DNA of 64,000 bases, from the NCBI GenBank assembly GCA_964401995.1, contig CAYOAP010000001.1, forward strand, positions 160,592 to 224,591, in the 5' to 3' direction. The notes beneath the pieces were generated by a model. It was not told the DNA's origin, ran no database searches, and saw only the letters and a program-made list of their open reading frames with translations. Shown one piece after another: positions 50,848 to 61,761 of this stretch; positions within the stretch are counted from its first letter, which is position 1, and each line of letters starts with the position of its first letter. The DNA is from an uncultured Conexibacteraceae bacterium (GTDB taxonomy: Bacteria; Actinomycetota; Thermoleophilia; Solirubrobacterales; 70-9). A program made the position numbers and the translations under genes.

Positions 50848-51471
50848 ATGGAGCTTCTGCACGCCGTCGCCACTGGATTTGTCCCCTCGCTATGCGCCGC
50901 CTGCGGCCGCTCCTGCCGCCCCCGGGCGGTGGTCTGCACCCGCTGCAACCGCCGTCTAGCGGCAGCCGATCCTGTGCTCGGCGCGGGGCCCCAGGGCCTC
51001 GACCGCGTCTGGTCCTCGGCTGCTCACGAGGGCGTGGCCCGCGACCTGGTCACGGCTTTGAAGTTCCGCCGCCTGCTGCCGGTGGCCGACCTGATGGCTG
51101 ACCGCATCCAGTGGCTGGCCCCGGCAAACATGCTCAGCGGCGCGATCGTTCCAGTTCCCACCGCCTCGCTGCGCACGATGAAACGGGGCTTCGATCCAGC
51201 CGCCGAGCTGGCGATGGCCTTGGCCGACCGCCTCGACGCCCCCTTCCACAACTGCCTGGTCCGCCGCGGCGGGGGTCGCCAGCTGGGCAAGCGCAGGGCC
51301 GACCGAATCGGCCACCCGCCCGACATCCATCCCCGTGGCAAGGTTCCCCGCAGCATCCTTCTGATCGACGACGTCCTGACCACCGGCGCAACCCTCTCGG
51401 CCTGCGCCCGGGCCCTTCGCCAGGCAGGCGCCGTCCGGGTCGTCGCGATCACCTTTGCCCGCCGACTTTGA
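50848..51471 (+). CDS. ComF-family phosphoribosyltransferase-like protein
   Basis: N-terminal Cys cluster CAACGRSC..CTRC and PRT motif ILLIDDVLTTGATL. Confidence 0.8.
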   Translation: MELLHAVATGFVPSLCAACGRSCRPRAVVCTRCNRRLAAADPVLGAGPQGLDRVWSSAAHEGVARDLVTALKFRRLLPVADLMADRIQWLAPANMLSGAIVPVPTASLRTMKRGFDPAAELAMALADRLDAPFHNCLVRRGGGRQLGKRRADRIGHPPDIHPRGKVPRSILLIDDVLTTGATLSACARALRQAGAVRVVAITFARRL

Positions 51472-51536
51472 TTGCGCCCTTGCTCTCGCGGGTATGCGGG
51501 CGTACGATCAAATGACAACCCCCGAAGGAGGCGCAG

Positions 51537-51884
51537 ATGCGAATTGAGATTCGTGGCCGCAACGTCGAGATCACTGACGAGCTTCGGGAGCATGTGCTCA
51601 AACGCTTCAAGCGGGTTGGCAAACAGGTCTCGGAGCTGGCCACTCTCGACATCGAGATGATTGAGGAGCGCAACCCCTCGATCGCCAATCGCGAGATCGC
51701 CGAGGCCACGCTGCGATTGAAAGGCGTCACCCTGCGCGCTCGCGAGGCTTCGCCGGAGATGATGCACTCGATCCACGAGCTGGCTGAGGACATCCGCCGC
51801 CAGGTCAAGAAACATCGCGACATGCGCCGCAAGCGGGCCCAGACCCGCCACCTCGTCAACAGAATGAGGGGCCGCACCGCCTAA
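51537..51884 (+). CDS. hpf: Ribosome hibernation factor, short HPF/RaiA form
   Basis: 115 aa. MRIEIRGRNVEITDELREHVLKRF is typical of the S30AE family. It has a basic tail and no long-HPF dimerisation domain. GGAGG RBS. Confidence 0.85.
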   Translation: MRIEIRGRNVEITDELREHVLKRFKRVGKQVSELATLDIEMIEERNPSIANREIAEATLRLKGVTLRAREASPEMMHSIHELAEDIRRQVKKHRDMRRKRAQTRHLVNRMRGRTA

Positions 51885-51916
51885 CCGCTCAGGACCTACC
51901 CCGCTACTCTTGGTCC

Positions 51917-54748
<2,832 letters not shown>

Positions 54749-54754
54749 CGCCCC

Positions 54755-55159
54755 TTGAGCCACGATCCAGTCCGCCGCTTCGTCGACGCCTTCAATGGGG
54801 GCGATCTGGATGCCTTTGCCGCAGTGCTCGACCCGGAGGTCGAGCTGCATTCTGGGCGGGGCCTGCGCAAGGGGGTGGCGGCGGCGCGATTGTGGGCGAC
54901 GCGGCCGCCCGGCGGCGTGCAGCAGACGATTGAGCTGGACGAGCTCTACGAGGAAGGCCTGGAGGGCGGTGGCGGGACCGCAGTCGCCCTGATCACCCGC
55001 CGCTGGCACTGGGAAGAGGACGGCTCTTTCGCCCATGAGGAGGAGATGGCCTGGCTCTTCGAGTTGCACGACGGCAGGATCCGCAGCTGGCGCCCTTTCG
55101 ACGACCGCGCCGAGGCGCTGCGCGCGGGCGGGTTCGAGCACGGCGCCGCGGCTGGGTAA
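54755..55159 (+). CDS. NTF2/SnoaL-like small protein
   Basis: 134 aa. VRRFVDAFNGGDLDAFAAVLDPEVEL is typical of the SnoaL-like fold. TTG start. It is inserted between secA and prfB. Confidence 0.55.
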   Translation: MSHDPVRRFVDAFNGGDLDAFAAVLDPEVELHSGRGLRKGVAAARLWATRPPGGVQQTIELDELYEEGLEGGGGTAVALITRRWHWEEDGSFAHEEEMAWLFELHDGRIRSWRPFDDRAEALRAGGFEHGAAAG

Positions 55160-55168
55160 GCTGCGGGC

Positions 55169-56288
55169 ATGGCTGAGACCGCGTCAACCGAATCGGTGCC
55201 GGCGCGGCTCGCCGAGATCCGCGATCAGTTGAAGCTGCTCGCGGACTACCTTTGACCCGGCTGCGCTTGAGTCGGAGATAACCGAGCTTGAGGCCGAGAT
55301 GCAGCGGCCCGGCTTCTGGGACGAGCAGGAGGCGGCCGCCCGCACCTCGGCTGCCCACGCCCGCGCCCAGCGCAAGCTGAAGACCTTCCGTGAGCTGGAG
55401 TCGGAAGCGGGCGACCTCGCCGAGCTGGCCGAGATCGCGGCCGAGGACGAGGAGATGGCGGCAGAACTCGACACCCAGCTCTCCTCGGTAGAGCGCCGCC
55501 TGGCCGAGCTGGAGGAGGCGCGGCTGTTCAGCGGCAGCTACGACGCCGGCGATGCCGTCGTCACCGTCCATGCTGGGGCGGGGGGGACCGACTCCCAGGA
55601 CTGGGCCGAGATCCTGCTGCGGATGTACCTGCGCTGGGCCGAGCGCCGCGGCTTCGAGGTTGAGATGAAGGAGGCCTCGCCGGGGGAGGAGGCGGGGCTG
55701 AAGTCAGGGACCTTTATCGCTCGCGGCGAGAACGCCTACGGCCTCTTCGCCGCCGAGCGCGGCGTCCACCGCCTGGTCCGGATCTCACCCTTCGACTCTT
55801 CGTCCCGACGCCACACCAGCTTCGCTCAGGTTGACGTCGCGCCCTTGGTCGATTCCGGGGTCGACGTCGAGATCGACGAGACCGACCTGCGGATCGACAC
55901 CTACCGCGCCTCCGGGGCCGGCGGCCAGCACGTCAACAAGACCGACTCGGCGGTGCGGATCACCCACATCCCGACCAACACCGTCGTCCAGTGCCAGAAC
56001 GAGCGCTCCCAGACCCAGAACAAAGCGGTGGCGATGCAGATGCTGCGCTCGAAGCTGGTCGAGCTGGAGGAGCGCAAACGGGCCGAAGAGCTGGCCAAGG
56101 TGCGCGGCGAGGTCAAGGACGTGGCCTGGGGCTCGCAGATCCGCAGCTACGTCCTGCACCCCTACACGATGGTCAAGGACCATCGCACCGAGCACGAGGT
56201 GGGCGACGTGCAGCGGGTGCTCGACGGCGACATCGACGAGTTCATCCGTGACTATCTGAACAAGACCGCTGCGTCTTCAGCGAGCTGA
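55169..56288 (+). CDS. prfB: Peptide chain release factor 2, requiring a programmed +1 frameshift (55169-55252 joined to 55254-56288)
   Basis: Frame 0 encodes MAETASTESVPARLAEIRDQLKLLADYL and ends at CTT TGA C. The +1 frame continues DPAALESEITELEAEMQRPGFWDE. SPF tripeptide and SGAGGQHVNKT (GGQ) motif. Confidence 0.95.
55250..55256 (+). promoter_or_regulatory. RF2 autoregulatory +1 frameshift site CUU UGA C
   Basis: Exact CTTTGAC heptamer at codon 28/29 of prfB. The downstream frame is RF2-like. Confidence 0.9.
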
Positions 56289-56302
56289 TGGGGGTTCTGG
56301 CC

Positions 56303-56521
56303 GCGGGTCCTGTCGCCGGGGTGGGGTGGCCCTCGCTTGCACTGCGATCTGTTCCGGGCGAAGGGGTGGTTTCGCGTGTAGGGGTTGGGCCTTGCCCTCC
56401 ACAGACTCCGTGCTGCGCGACACCACCCCACCCCGGCGCCACCCGCGGACGAGCGTCCCAACTCCTAACCCCGAACTGCATCAAATTCCCTACCTGCCAG
56501 AGGGAGAATTTGATGCAGTTC
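56303..56521 (+). repeat. Structured intergenic repeat, copy B (core plus 3' hairpin)
   Basis: It starts 15 nt after the prfB stop. It has a perfect 14-bp long-range helix (56316-56329 / 56423-56436). It also has a perfect 16-bp hairpin (56473-56488 / 56506-56521). It is collinear with copy A. Confidence 0.85.
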
Positions 56522-56528
56522 GCTCGAC

Positions 56529-57191
56529 ATGGGCGAGGGTCGGCCTGAGATGGCTGAGTCGCTGATTTTCCTCGAGCGCCCGGCGGCGGATGCGCCAGAG
56601 GGGCTGCTGGTGCTGCATCACGGCCGCGGCACCGACGAGCGCGATCTGCTCGGGCTGGCCGACGTCCTCGACCCGCAGCGACGGCTCCACGTCCTCACGC
56701 CGCGGGCGCCACTGACGCTGCCGGGCTCGCCCGGCTACCACTGGTATCTGGTGCCGCGGGTCGGCTACCCCGACCACGACACGTTCCACGCGGCACGGGC
56801 CGCCCTGGCCGAGCTCCACGACGGCCTCTGGGAGCGGACCGGGGTCGATCCTTCGCGCACCGTCCTCGGCGGCTTCTCGATGGGGTCCGTGATGAGCTAC
56901 GCGATGGCGCTGAGTGGCGACCGGCCACCGGTGGCGGGCATCCTCGCCTTCAGCGGCTTTCTGCCGATCGTCGAGGACTGGCAGCCCAAGTTCGACGACA
57001 GGCTCGGGACCAAGGCCTTCATCGCCCACGGCCGCCAGGATCCGATCATGGAGATCGGGTTCGCCCACCGCGCCCGCGCGGCGCTTGAGGCCGGTGGCCT
57101 CGCCGTCGACTACCACGAGTCCGATCTGGGCCACCAGATCGACCCGGCCAACGTTCCCGCCGCGGTCGAGTGGCTGCATGAGACGATCTGA
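56529..57191 (+). CDS. Phospholipase/carboxylesterase-family serine hydrolase
   Basis: LLVLHHGRGTDERD, LGGFSMGSVMS (GxSxG) and AHGRQDPIM. The start may be ATG 56550, because no RBS precedes 56529. Confidence 0.8.
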   Translation: MGEGRPEMAESLIFLERPAADAPEGLLVLHHGRGTDERDLLGLADVLDPQRRLHVLTPRAPLTLPGSPGYHWYLVPRVGYPDHDTFHAARAALAELHDGLWERTGVDPSRTVLGGFSMGSVMSYAMALSGDRPPVAGILAFSGFLPIVEDWQPKFDDRLGTKAFIAHGRQDPIMEIGFAHRARAALEAGGLAVDYHESDLGHQIDPANVPAAVEWLHETI

Positions 57192-57195
57192 GCCG

Positions 57196-58083
57196 ATGGC
57201 AGGCCCGCCCCCCGAGCTCGAAGGCGTCACCCACCGCGACGTGCAGGTGGGCGGGGTGCGGCTGCATGTGGCCGAAGCGGGCTCGGGCCCACCGATCGTC
57301 CTCCTGCACGGCTGGCCCCAGCACTGGTGGGTCTGGCGCAAGCTGTTGCCGGAGCTGGCCAAGGAACGGCGGGTGATCTGCCCTGACCTGCGCGGGTTCG
57401 GTTGGAGCGACGCCCCGGCCGGGGCCTATGAGCTGGGAGAACTTGCCGCCGACATCATCGGCCTGTTCGACGCGCTCGAGCTCGACCAGGTCGAGTTGAT
57501 CGGACACGATTGGGGGGGCTACGTCGGCTTCCTCGTCTGCCTGCGGGCGCCGGAGCGCATCCGCCACTTCCTGGCGCTGGCGATCGCCCACCCCTGGATT
57601 GAGCCTCCCAAGCCCTCACTCGGCGCTCTGCGCATATTCGGCTACCAGTTCCTGATGGCGGCGCCCGGCATCGGCGCCTCGGTCCTTCGCTTCCTCCCGG
57701 CCTTCGTCGCAACGGTGATGAAGAAAGGGGCGCATCCCGATACGAGCTGGAGCAGGGAGGAGGTGGCCTGTTACGCCGAGAGCTTCCGTCCCGCCGACCA
57801 CGCGCTCGCCTCCTCGCGCCTCTACCGCAGCTTCCTCAGGCGTGAGGTTCCACGGCTGCGCAACGGCCACTACCGTTCCCAGCGCCTCTCGGTCCCGACC
57901 CGCCTGCTCACCGGCGAGGCCGACCGGGTTGTGCGGGCGGAGTCGCTTGATGGCTTTCAGGCCTACGCCGACGACATGGCTCTGGAGGTGGTCCAGCGCT
58001 CTGGCCATTTCATCGCCGAGGAGCGCCCCGACATCGTGCTCGCAAGGGCCCACGAGCTGTTCGGCCCGGTCGCTGCCGCCTGA
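57196..58083 (+). CDS. Alpha/beta hydrolase, epoxide-hydrolase/haloalkane-dehalogenase-like
   Basis: LLHGWPQHWWVW and LIGHDWGG (Asp nucleophile elbow). ATG 57196 chosen inside track ORF 56914-58083. Confidence 0.8.
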   Translation: MAGPPPELEGVTHRDVQVGGVRLHVAEAGSGPPIVLLHGWPQHWWVWRKLLPELAKERRVICPDLRGFGWSDAPAGAYELGELAADIIGLFDALELDQVELIGHDWGGYVGFLVCLRAPERIRHFLALAIAHPWIEPPKPSLGALRIFGYQFLMAAPGIGASVLRFLPAFVATVMKKGAHPDTSWSREEVACYAESFRPADHALASSRLYRSFLRREVPRLRNGHYRSQRLSVPTRLLTGEADRVVRAESLDGFQAYADDMALEVVQRSGHFIAEERPDIVLARAHELFGPVAAA

Positions 58084-58100
58084 GGGCGGGACCGCTGCGG

Positions 58101-58754
58101 CTAAGCGCTGCGGGTTGGCTTGGCCTGGAGCCAGGTCAGCCGGTTGCCGCCACCGTGCTCGATCGTCAGGTGAAGGGTGTCGAAGCGCCGGCAGGAGTGA
58201 GGGGTGCCCGGGATGCGAATTTCGACCGTGAAGCTGTTGGCCGCCGCTGCCTTTGACGCCTGGCTTGGGCTGAGGCTCTCGGTCAGCCGAATCGTGCCCG
58301 CTTCGCTGAGATGCTGCTTCGAATCGGGCAGCTTGAGCCCGCCCTTGCTGCCGGCGAGGCGGTAGGAGACGGTCGCGTCAGTCGATTCGGTTGAGGTGTA
58401 GCGGACGAGCAGGCGGACCTTGTTCTGGGCCGGGTAGGCGAAGGCCTGGGCATGGGCCGTCTGCAGCAAACACTCGGCTGGAGGCAGGCCGGCTTCTTCG
58501 TCTTCCAATTCTTCTTCTTCGGCTTCTTCAGCTTCGAGTTCTTCCTCTTCGCTTTCTTCGCCTTCGTCTTCTTCGTCGAACGGCGTCGAGAGCGTCGGAC
58601 CGGAGATGGGTCCGGCGTGGATGGTCAGCGCCGCGGCCGGCCGGGCGACGAGCAGCATCGCCAAAAGGGCGACGGGGACCGCGAAAAAGGCCCACCAGGC
58701 GATTCGCGTCGAGGTGGGCATGCGGCCAGGAACAGTTGTGTCGGTGCTCTGCAT
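58101..58754 (-). CDS. Membrane-anchored/secreted protein with poly-acidic tract, unknown function
   Basis: 217 aa. Signal-anchor IAWWAFFAVPVALLAMLLV..AAA, acidic run FDEEDEGEESEEEELEAEEAEEEELEDEE, then a beta-rich domain of about 130 aa. No motif recognised. Confidence 0.5.
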   Translation of the reverse strand: MQSTDTTVPGRMPTSTRIAWWAFFAVPVALLAMLLVARPAAALTIHAGPISGPTLSTPFDEEDEGEESEEEELEAEEAEEEELEDEEAGLPPAECLLQTAHAQAFAYPAQNKVRLLVRYTSTESTDATVSYRLAGSKGGLKLPDSKQHLSEAGTIRLTESLSPSQASKAAAANSFTVEIRIPGTPHSCRRFDTLHLTIEHGGGNRLTWLQAKPTRSA

Positions 58755-58806
58755 AGGCCCTGAATCGGTCGGGCCTGGGTGGACCTTTAGGCCCCTGGCC
58801 GGATGA

Positions 58807-59364
58807 TCAGCTCTTCAGCACGCCCTCCAGGCGCAGCAGTCCCTCCTTCATCGGCAGGCCCCCTCCGTAGCCACCGAGGGCGCCGCTGGTCCGCAGCACG
58901 CGGTGGCAGGGGACGACGATCGGGATCGGGTTGGAACCGCAGGCTGTGCCCGCCGCGCGCACCGCCTTTTTGTTGCCTGCGCTGATCGCCATCTGGGTGT
59001 AGCTGCGGGTCTGGCCGTAGGGGATGCGGTCGATCGCTCGCAGCACCTTGCGGCGGAAGTCCTTGCTCAGCTGCCAGTCCAGCGCCAGGTCGAAGTGCTC
59101 GAGCTTGCCCTCGAAATAAAGGTCGAGCTCGCGGCGAACCTGGTCGAGCTGCGCGGGGGCCTCGAGCACGCGGGGGGAGACCCGGTCCGCCAGCTCCGCC
59201 AGCAGCTCGTCGGCGTCCTGGTTCGGCAGTCCCACCCGGACCAGTCCGCGCGGCGTCGTCGCCAGCAGCAGCTGCCCGTAGGGTGAGTCGGCAGTCGTGT
59301 AGGCGACGTCGAGCAGGCCCTCGTCGGATGCGCGCTCGGCGAGGAGTCGCAGCGAGTCCTTCAT
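58807..59364 (-). CDS. ogt: Methylated-DNA--protein-cysteine methyltransferase (Ogt/MGMT)
   Basis: 185 aa. Active site IPIVVPCHRVL and helix-turn-helix YGQTRSYTQMA. ATGA overlap with the upstream sigma gene. Confidence 0.9.
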   Translation of the reverse strand: MKDSLRLLAERASDEGLLDVAYTTADSPYGQLLLATTPRGLVRVGLPNQDADELLAELADRVSPRVLEAPAQLDQVRRELDLYFEGKLEHFDLALDWQLSKDFRRKVLRAIDRIPYGQTRSYTQMAISAGNKKAVRAAGTACGSNPIPIVVPCHRVLRTSGALGGYGGGLPMKEGLLRLEGVLKS

Positions 59365-59822
59365 GCCAGCTCCTCTCGCAGTCGCTTGATTCCCTCGTGG
59401 AGGCTGCGGCGGGCGGCCTCCGGCGAGCAGCCCAACGTCGCGGCGATCTCCTCGTGGGGGAGGTCACAGGCGTAGCGCAGGGCCACGGCCGCCCGCTGTT
59501 TCGGCGGCAGGGCGCCGACCTTGAGCCAGATCCCGTCGCTCGGCTCGGGGTCGCTGACGGCGATCTCCGGCGGCTCGGCGACCGGCAGCGGCCGGCGGCC
59601 GTTGGCGCGGTGATGGTCGATCGCCTTGCGCGAGGCGATCGTCAGCAGCCAGCCGCGCAGGTTGCTGGTGTCATCAAGCTTCGGGTAGGCGCGCAGCGCG
59701 GAGAGAAACGTCTCCTGGAAGCAGTCGTCGGCGTCGCTGCGGCCGACGGCCCCGCGCAGGACCGCCATCACGTCGGCGGCGTGCTCGTCGATCAGGATCT
59801 GGAACGGGGGCAAGTCAGTCAC
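59361..59822 (-). CDS. ECF-type sigma-70 family RNA polymerase sigma factor
   Basis: 153 aa. Region 2 DCFQETFLSALRAYPKL..LRGWLLTIASRKAIDHHR and region 4 LPPKQRAAVALRYACDLPHEEIAATLGCSPEAARRSLHEGIKRL. Confidence 0.85.
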   Translation of the reverse strand: MTDLPPFQILIDEHAADVMAVLRGAVGRSDADDCFQETFLSALRAYPKLDDTSNLRGWLLTIASRKAIDHHRANGRRPLPVAEPPEIAVSDPEPSDGIWLKVGALPPKQRAAVALRYACDLPHEEIAATLGCSPEAARRSLHEGIKRLREELA

Positions 59823-59884
59823 CTCATGGATTAAACGCTGCGTTGCGGAGGAACGTGAGGCAGCGCTTGATCTAGGCTGCGGCG

Positions 59885-60748
59885 ATGCCCGATCCTGGCA
59901 AGCCGCCGAGTGAGATCGTTGCCGGGGCGCTGGCCGAGGACCTCGGCGCCGGCGACGTCACCTCGGAGGCGACGGTGCCGGAGGAGGCGCGCGGGCGGGC
60001 CCGGATCGTGCAGAAGGCGCCCGGCGTCGCCTTTGGCTTCGAGCTTGTCGAGGAGACGATGCGCCAGTGCGGCGTCGAGCACGTCGACCGGCTCGTGGTC
60101 GAGGGGCAGTGGCGCGAGGATGTGCCGACCGAGGCGATCCTCGCCACCGGGTCGGCGCGATCGCTGTTGGCCGCCGAGCGCACGGCGCTGAACTTCCTCG
60201 GCCACCTCTCGGGCGTCGCCACCCTGACCGCCCGCTTTGTCGAGGCGGTCGCCGGCACCGGCGCCCGCATCCTCGACACCCGCAAGACGACGCCGGGCCT
60301 GCGGACGCTGGAGAAGGCGGCGGTCGTTGCCGGTGGCGGCCGCAACCACCGCATCGGCCTCTACGACGCGATCCTGATCAAGGAGAACCACATCGCCCTC
60401 GCCGACGGCCTGGCCAAGGCTGTCTACAAGGCCCGCCGCGCCCACCCCGACCTGGCGGTAGAGGTCGAGTGCCGCAACCTCGACGAGGTCGCCTACGCGC
60501 TCGGCACCGGCGCCGACATCCTCCTGCTCGACAACATGGACACCGAGACCTTGGCCAGAGCTGTCGCCCTGCGCGACACCGAAACCGGCGGGGCTGGGAA
60601 AGGCCCATCGCTTGAGGCTTCGGGTGGAGTCAACCTGGAGACGGTGCGCCCGATCGCGGAGACCGGGGTCGACCTGATCTCGATCGGCGCCCTCACCCAC
60701 TCGGCGCCCTCGCTCGACTTCAGCATGCTGATCGAGCTCACTACTTGA
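59885..60748 (+). CDS. nadC: Nicotinate-nucleotide pyrophosphorylase (carboxylating)
   Basis: 287 aa. ALAEDLGAGDVTS, ERTALNFL, ILDTRKTTPGLR and HRIGLYDAILIKENH are typical of QPRTase. Confidence 0.9.
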   Translation: MPDPGKPPSEIVAGALAEDLGAGDVTSEATVPEEARGRARIVQKAPGVAFGFELVEETMRQCGVEHVDRLVVEGQWREDVPTEAILATGSARSLLAAERTALNFLGHLSGVATLTARFVEAVAGTGARILDTRKTTPGLRTLEKAAVVAGGGRNHRIGLYDAILIKENHIALADGLAKAVYKARRAHPDLAVEVECRNLDEVAYALGTGADILLLDNMDTETLARAVALRDTETGGAGKGPSLEASGGVNLETVRPIAETGVDLISIGALTHSAPSLDFSMLIELTT

Positions 60749-61586
60749 GCAGTTTTGAGAGGCGGCGGTCTTTGAGGACGCGGCCGCCGGTCTGCTCCTT
60801 CGGGCAGTAGTTGGTCTGGTGCTCGGAGAAGAAGACAGCCTCGATCGTGGTCCCGCAGCGCGGGCAGGGCTCGCCCTCGCGGCGGTGGACCCGCAGCGGC
60901 ATCGGCACCTTGTCGGGCACCTCGTCGCCGATCGCCTCCTCGTAGTGCTCGATCGCGTCGCCGAGCACGTGGAGGGCGCCGTGCAGCCGCTCGATCTCCT
61001 CCTCGTCTAGTTCCGAGCCTTTCTTGAAAGGGGAGAGGCGGGCCTCCCAGAGGATCTCGTCGACCCAGGAGCGGCCGATCCCGGCGATCGTCCGCTGGTT
61101 GCGCAGCAGCGGGTGGAGGTGGCGCGGCTGCGCGATCAGCTCGGCGAAGGCCGGCAGCGGGGGAGGGGGCCAGGCTTCCGGCCCCAGGGTCGCGACCATC
61201 TCGTCACTGGCGACCGCATCGGCGGCCAGCAGCTTCGCCCAGGCCCGCTGCTTGGTCCCGAACTCGCGCAGCCGCAGCTCGCGCCCGTCCTCGAGCCGGA
61301 CCAGCACCCGCGAAGCACGGTCTTTGGGCGAGGCCCGTTTGTCGAAGGCCCGCAGCCGCCCGGCCGACATCAGGTGGATCAAGAGCGCCAGGTCGCCGAA
61401 CTCGACCACCGGCATCTTGCCGACGCGGCGCACCCCACTCACCTTCCGACCCACCAGCGCATCAAGCGGCGGCTCAAAGGTCTTCATCACATTCATCCCC
61501 GGTGCCAACACCGATTCGACGACAGCTCCGGACAAGGCGGTGTTCAATCGCCGAGTCACGATCTCAACCTCCGGAAGCTCTGGCAT
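60741..61586 (-). CDS. Fpg/Nei-family DNA glycosylase / AP lyase
   Basis: MPELPEVE N-terminus (catalytic Pro2/Glu3) and an H2TH region. The C-terminal zinc-finger-like CPRC-X16-CPKE has Glu where the fourth Cys is expected. ATG 61586 chosen inside track ORF 60741-61700. Confidence 0.85.
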   Translation of the reverse strand: MPELPEVEIVTRRLNTALSGAVVESVLAPGMNVMKTFEPPLDALVGRKVSGVRRVGKMPVVEFGDLALLIHLMSAGRLRAFDKRASPKDRASRVLVRLEDGRELRLREFGTKQRAWAKLLAADAVASDEMVATLGPEAWPPPPLPAFAELIAQPRHLHPLLRNQRTIAGIGRSWVDEILWEARLSPFKKGSELDEEEIERLHGALHVLGDAIEHYEEAIGDEVPDKVPMPLRVHRREGEPCPRCGTTIEAVFFSEHQTNYCPKEQTGGRVLKDRRLSKLLK

Positions 61587-61613
61587 CCAACAAGTCTGGC
61601 GGCTCCGCCTGTT

Positions 61614-61675
61614 GGTGGCCTGGCCAGGGGGCCGAGAACGTAAACCTCGCCCGCAGGCCCCCTGGCCAGGCCACC
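61614..61675. repeat. Perfect 20-bp inverted repeat (22-nt spacer) in the fpg/nei-nadA divergent intergenic region
   Basis: GGTGGCCTGGCCAGGGGGCC (61614-61633) and GGCCCCCTGGCCAGGCCACC (61656-61675) are exact reverse complements. Confidence 0.9.
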
Positions 61676-61761
61676 CTCCGGAACGGCTAGACTTGGACAA
61701 CGTTCATTCGACTGGTTCAAGGCAAACGCCGGGCCAGCGAACATCAGGAAAGGAAGGGCTC

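Noticed and set aside
56529-56549. Whether the esterase gene must start at ATG 56529 as in the track.
   Set aside because: Left unresolved rather than re-annotated. 56529 has no RBS and sits 7 nt after the repeat hairpin. ATG 56550 (MAESLIF) has a weak GAGGG 13 nt upstream. Neither can be chosen from sequence alone.
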